Shown here: positions 61,045-64,000 of the stretch, in pieces | Position numbering within the stretch: position 1 is the first letter of the stretch | How the letters are laid out: the number at the start of each line of letters is the position of its first letter | DNA from: Podarcis erhardii | Taxonomy: Eukaryota | DNA: 64,000 nt | Reading direction: 5' to 3' (one strand) | NCBI GenBank assembly: GCA_964252035.1 | Contig: OZ176201.1 | Position numbers and translations under genes: made by a program | Notes under the pieces: model-generated | The model's input: only the letters and a program-made list of their open reading frames with translations | Databases searched by the model: none | Told to the model about the DNA's origin: nothing

Positions 61045-62102
61045 GTGAGTATTGCTTTTAAGCCTTGAGTCTTTGCATGAGAGACGAATAAGCTCCTGCC
61101 CTCTATATAGACTCCGGAGGTGAAGGCACAAGGAACACTTCTGAACTGGGCCCAGAGGTAGCAGGGGACCCAGACTCTTGAGTTTTCATTTTGAAAAATG
61201 TAAATATCTAGCCCTTTCCAGAAAGAAGGGTGTTACGAAGCAAAATGCGGAGGCATCAGTCTAACCCACTGCTTTGTAAGAAATGAGCTGGCTCCTGTCT
61301 TTCTGTGTTCCAGCTGAAGGAGTACAGTCACAGTTGTGAATGACTGATGAGTGCCGTAGAGAAATATTAGTCACATACACACCAGGGAAAAGCAAATTAC
61401 AGCTTCACAATGTGTTACAGCTCATGAAAATTGAGGTTTTTGCCTGGTTTGGAGTTGGCACCTGGGGGAGAATAGTGTCAGGTAGAAATTCAACAGGTCA
61501 CATATTTTCTAGGACAGAAACAGAATTACGGGGAAAGTTCCAGCTTTTGGCTTTCTGCCTGCCAGACATCTTATTACTTGTGTGTGGCCCCTGATTTATT
61601 GTTGGGTCCTCCTCCCTGCCCGCGGAAGAGAATGTCAATTTGTATGTATTTGCATATGGCCCAAATTGTATGCAAATTGGAGGCCTCTTCTGCAGATAAG
61701 GAAGTGGGCCCAATCCCCATGCAGAAAGTCCTGTTGGCAGCTTTGTGAACGAGTCATTGAGCTCTTTGGCCTTTGCCAAACTGATGTGTGAGATATCAGG
61801 CAAAGCACTGCATGAGCCTGAGTGAATTCTGCCTTGTTGGCAACCATCGTGGGGAATCCATATTTGCTGGCAGGGGCTATGAGGGTTGCTTCTTGGAGAG
61901 CTTGGTCAGAGGAATTGAGGCAGAGCTCTTTAGTGAGAGCATAAGGAGAACCAAGGCCTGTCATTGTCCACCCAGAACTATCACATCAGGCCACCTCAGC
62001 ACCTCCGTGAAGCATGTCTTGATGCTATAAAATATTTGTGGGGCAGGAAGCTGTGCACTGCCACATCCTTTTTTGATGCCTTTTTATCTCTTTTCCCCCC
62101 AG

Positions 62103-62163
62103 TATGACTGGTACACAAAGCTCACTTCCGTCGTGGTGGAGATTGTGCCTCGGCAGAGCCAAG
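62103..62163 (+). CDS. APEH: APEH exon 11
   Basis: CCCCCAG|...G|GTGTGT; YDWYTKLTSVVVEIVPRQ. Confidence 0.95.
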
Positions 62164-62554
62164 GTGTGTATTACAACCGTGCTGGAGCTCCCAGGGGTGT
62201 TTGATGGGGTCTGATGGAACCCTGTGGGTGCGCCAAGCATTCCATGTGCAACAACAAGCGAAGCCAAATGTTAGGACCACTGCATATCACACACAGTCAC
62301 ATATCTTGTTCAGAATGGCCAACATTTATCACTTCGTTAACTATAGGAGTGTGGAATGTGAAATCTGCCTATAGGGCTGTGGATGGTTTGGGAGAAACAA
62401 GGTGGTGTTAAGGAGGAACGAAAGGAGGAGATTCTGGGGCAGTAGGGAAAAGACCTGAGCATTGGGAAAACATGAAAACCAACCACAGGCTGCTCATGGC
62501 ACCTTCTCTGTTAGGGTGTCTCTGGAAGCACCCCTTGGAATCTTTCTATATGTG

Positions 62555-62610
62555 TTGGAAGCCGCCCAGGGTGGCTGGAGCAACCCAGCCAGTGGAGCAT
62601 AAATAATAAA

Positions 62611-62658
<48 letters not shown>
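62555..62658 (+). repeat. Retroposon 3' end with (ATT)n microsatellite tail
   Basis: TGGAAGCCGCCCAGGGTGGCTGGAGCAACCCAG..ATAAATAATAAA followed by ~16 ATT units (62611-62658). Confidence 0.75.
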
Positions 62659-62659
<1 letters not shown>

Positions 62660-63205
62660 GCAGCAGCTTCTTTGCCTGCCTCAAGTTTGGAATCGGCAAT
62701 GGCAATTAGGTTCTGTGTCTTCAGCAAGTATTTTTCTACAGAATCTTTTGCCAGTTTTTTTCAGGAATTCAGAATCCACTTCACCATTAGAAAAGCAGGC
62801 TCAGTAGGCAGATCCTGGCTGTGGAATATCACGGGGACTGGCTGCAAAGAGGGATTGGGGGGCCTTGGAATATATATGAAGAGAGACAGCATCACGGCTG
62901 ACCTTCTCATTAGGCAGGGTGAAGTCACTCGTTATAGGTGGCAGTTTATTATCATTTTTGTTACCCTGAAAGGGCAGGAAATTGCCAATAATTGAATTTA
63001 TTTTTTATCATTTTTACCACTCTGGGGAGTGCCAGTTGGGTTTTTGTTTTGTTTTGTTTTGCCTTGGTGTCAGAATTTCATGGGCTATTTCTGGCTGGCA
63101 TCCATGAAAGGGGCTTATCATGTGGCTTCCTGGCCTAGGGGCATCCCTGTGTTTTCCACCAGAAGGGCAGCTGTTGTTTCAGTGAAGGTGCTTTGTCTCT
63201 TACAG

Positions 63206-63303
63206 GTGAATTCACTGGGATCTATAGCACAGCACTGTCAGAGCACTGCTGGGCAGCAGACAGCCAGAGGGTTGTGCTGGACACAATTCAACGTAGCAGG
63301 CAG
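63206..63303 (+). CDS. APEH: APEH exon 12
   Basis: CTTACAG|...CAG|GTAAGA; EFTGIYSTALSEHCWAADSQRVVLDTIQRSRQ. Confidence 0.95.
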
Positions 63304-63678
63304 GTAAGAACGAAGCGTAGAGTACCTTGAGCTTCAGACTGAAGCCAGGGGTAGTTCGGGCAAACTAAGCACAAAGGGCACCAATCAAAGGCTTTATTTG
63401 GCAACAGGCAAATTGAATCAGCACATCTAATATCTTTAAACTTCATGGGGATCTCACATTGATCCATATAACAAAGCAAAGGATTATAGCACTATCTGAA
63501 CATTTGGCTCTTTCCAAATAGTGCGGTGGAGAAGGGATTGTTGTGCAAATCTTGCAGAACCTTGCTCGTGTATGTGTGTGTCTCCCCATTGATGAATTGC
63601 AGGACAGCTTGTTGTGTGAGAAGGTGCTTTCTGGATGCAACTGAGAGTAGATCTCTCTCATGCTGTCTTTTCCTCTAG

Positions 63679-63730
63679 GAGCTGATTGTAGTTGACACAG
63701 TGTCAGGCAGTGTGTGCTCTCTGACCAAGG
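63679..63730 (+). CDS. APEH: APEH exon 13 (gene continues beyond window)
   Basis: CCTCTAG|...G|GTAAGT; ELIVVDTVSGSVCSLTK. Exons 1-13 total 1,201 nt in one frame; the catalytic hydrolase domain lies outside the window. Confidence 0.92.
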
Positions 63731-64000
63731 GTAAGTAGCAAACTCCATAACTTGGCCCTCCATAATTAGTTCCTTCCAGTAACAGCAGTCTATGCTGTGT
63801 CCTGCCACTGCAATCCTCTGATCTTCTGGCAGAAGTGAGTCCTAATTTGTTTAATCTGTTTGGGGCAAAGCTATTCCAAGACAACAGACAAGCCATCTTG
63901 CAGTCTGTTGTTCAGGGAGTTCTTCAGACCTTTGTCATCAGCCAGCACAGTTGGAGATAATTGTATCTGGTGTCCTCACTTGCTTATCTTTTGCTTTTTC

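Noticed and set aside
62494-62727. Poly-Asn / poly-Ile ORFs
   Set aside because: Translation of an (ATT)n microsatellite.

Overview
Vertebrate genomic DNA, most likely a lacertid-type lizard (inferred from a Sauria SINE plus squamate-style CR1, hAT and Penelope repeats). The window holds the 3' part of the presynaptic scaffold gene Bassoon (BSN, + strand): seven coding exons that splice in frame (10,566 nt including the stop, with one 6,864-nt giant exon), two predicted non-coding 3' exons and a ~4.4-4.9 kb last exon. It is followed by the CpG-island promoter and first 13 exons of APEH (acylamino-acid-releasing enzyme, + strand), the same gene order as in mammals. The first BSN intron in view carries a near full-length, sense-oriented LINE-1 with intact ORF1 and an ORF2 broken by one in-frame TAA. 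Most interesting observations: (1) a Penelope-like fold-back insertion in a BSN intron with a minimal hammerhead ribozyme on each strand inside a perfect 82-bp inverted repeat; (2) two predicted introns downstream of the BSN stop codon, putting the stop 79 nt from the last junction (NMD/EJC-type regulation candidate); (3) a huntingtin-like Q11-P14 tract in Bassoon; (4) two miR-153 8-mer sites in the BSN 3'UTR; (5) several hAT elements with 8-bp TSDs, two of them nested in older repeats. All calls are by eye, with no database search; exon numbering follows my recollection of the human gene. I found no evidence of a wholly new multi-gene system.
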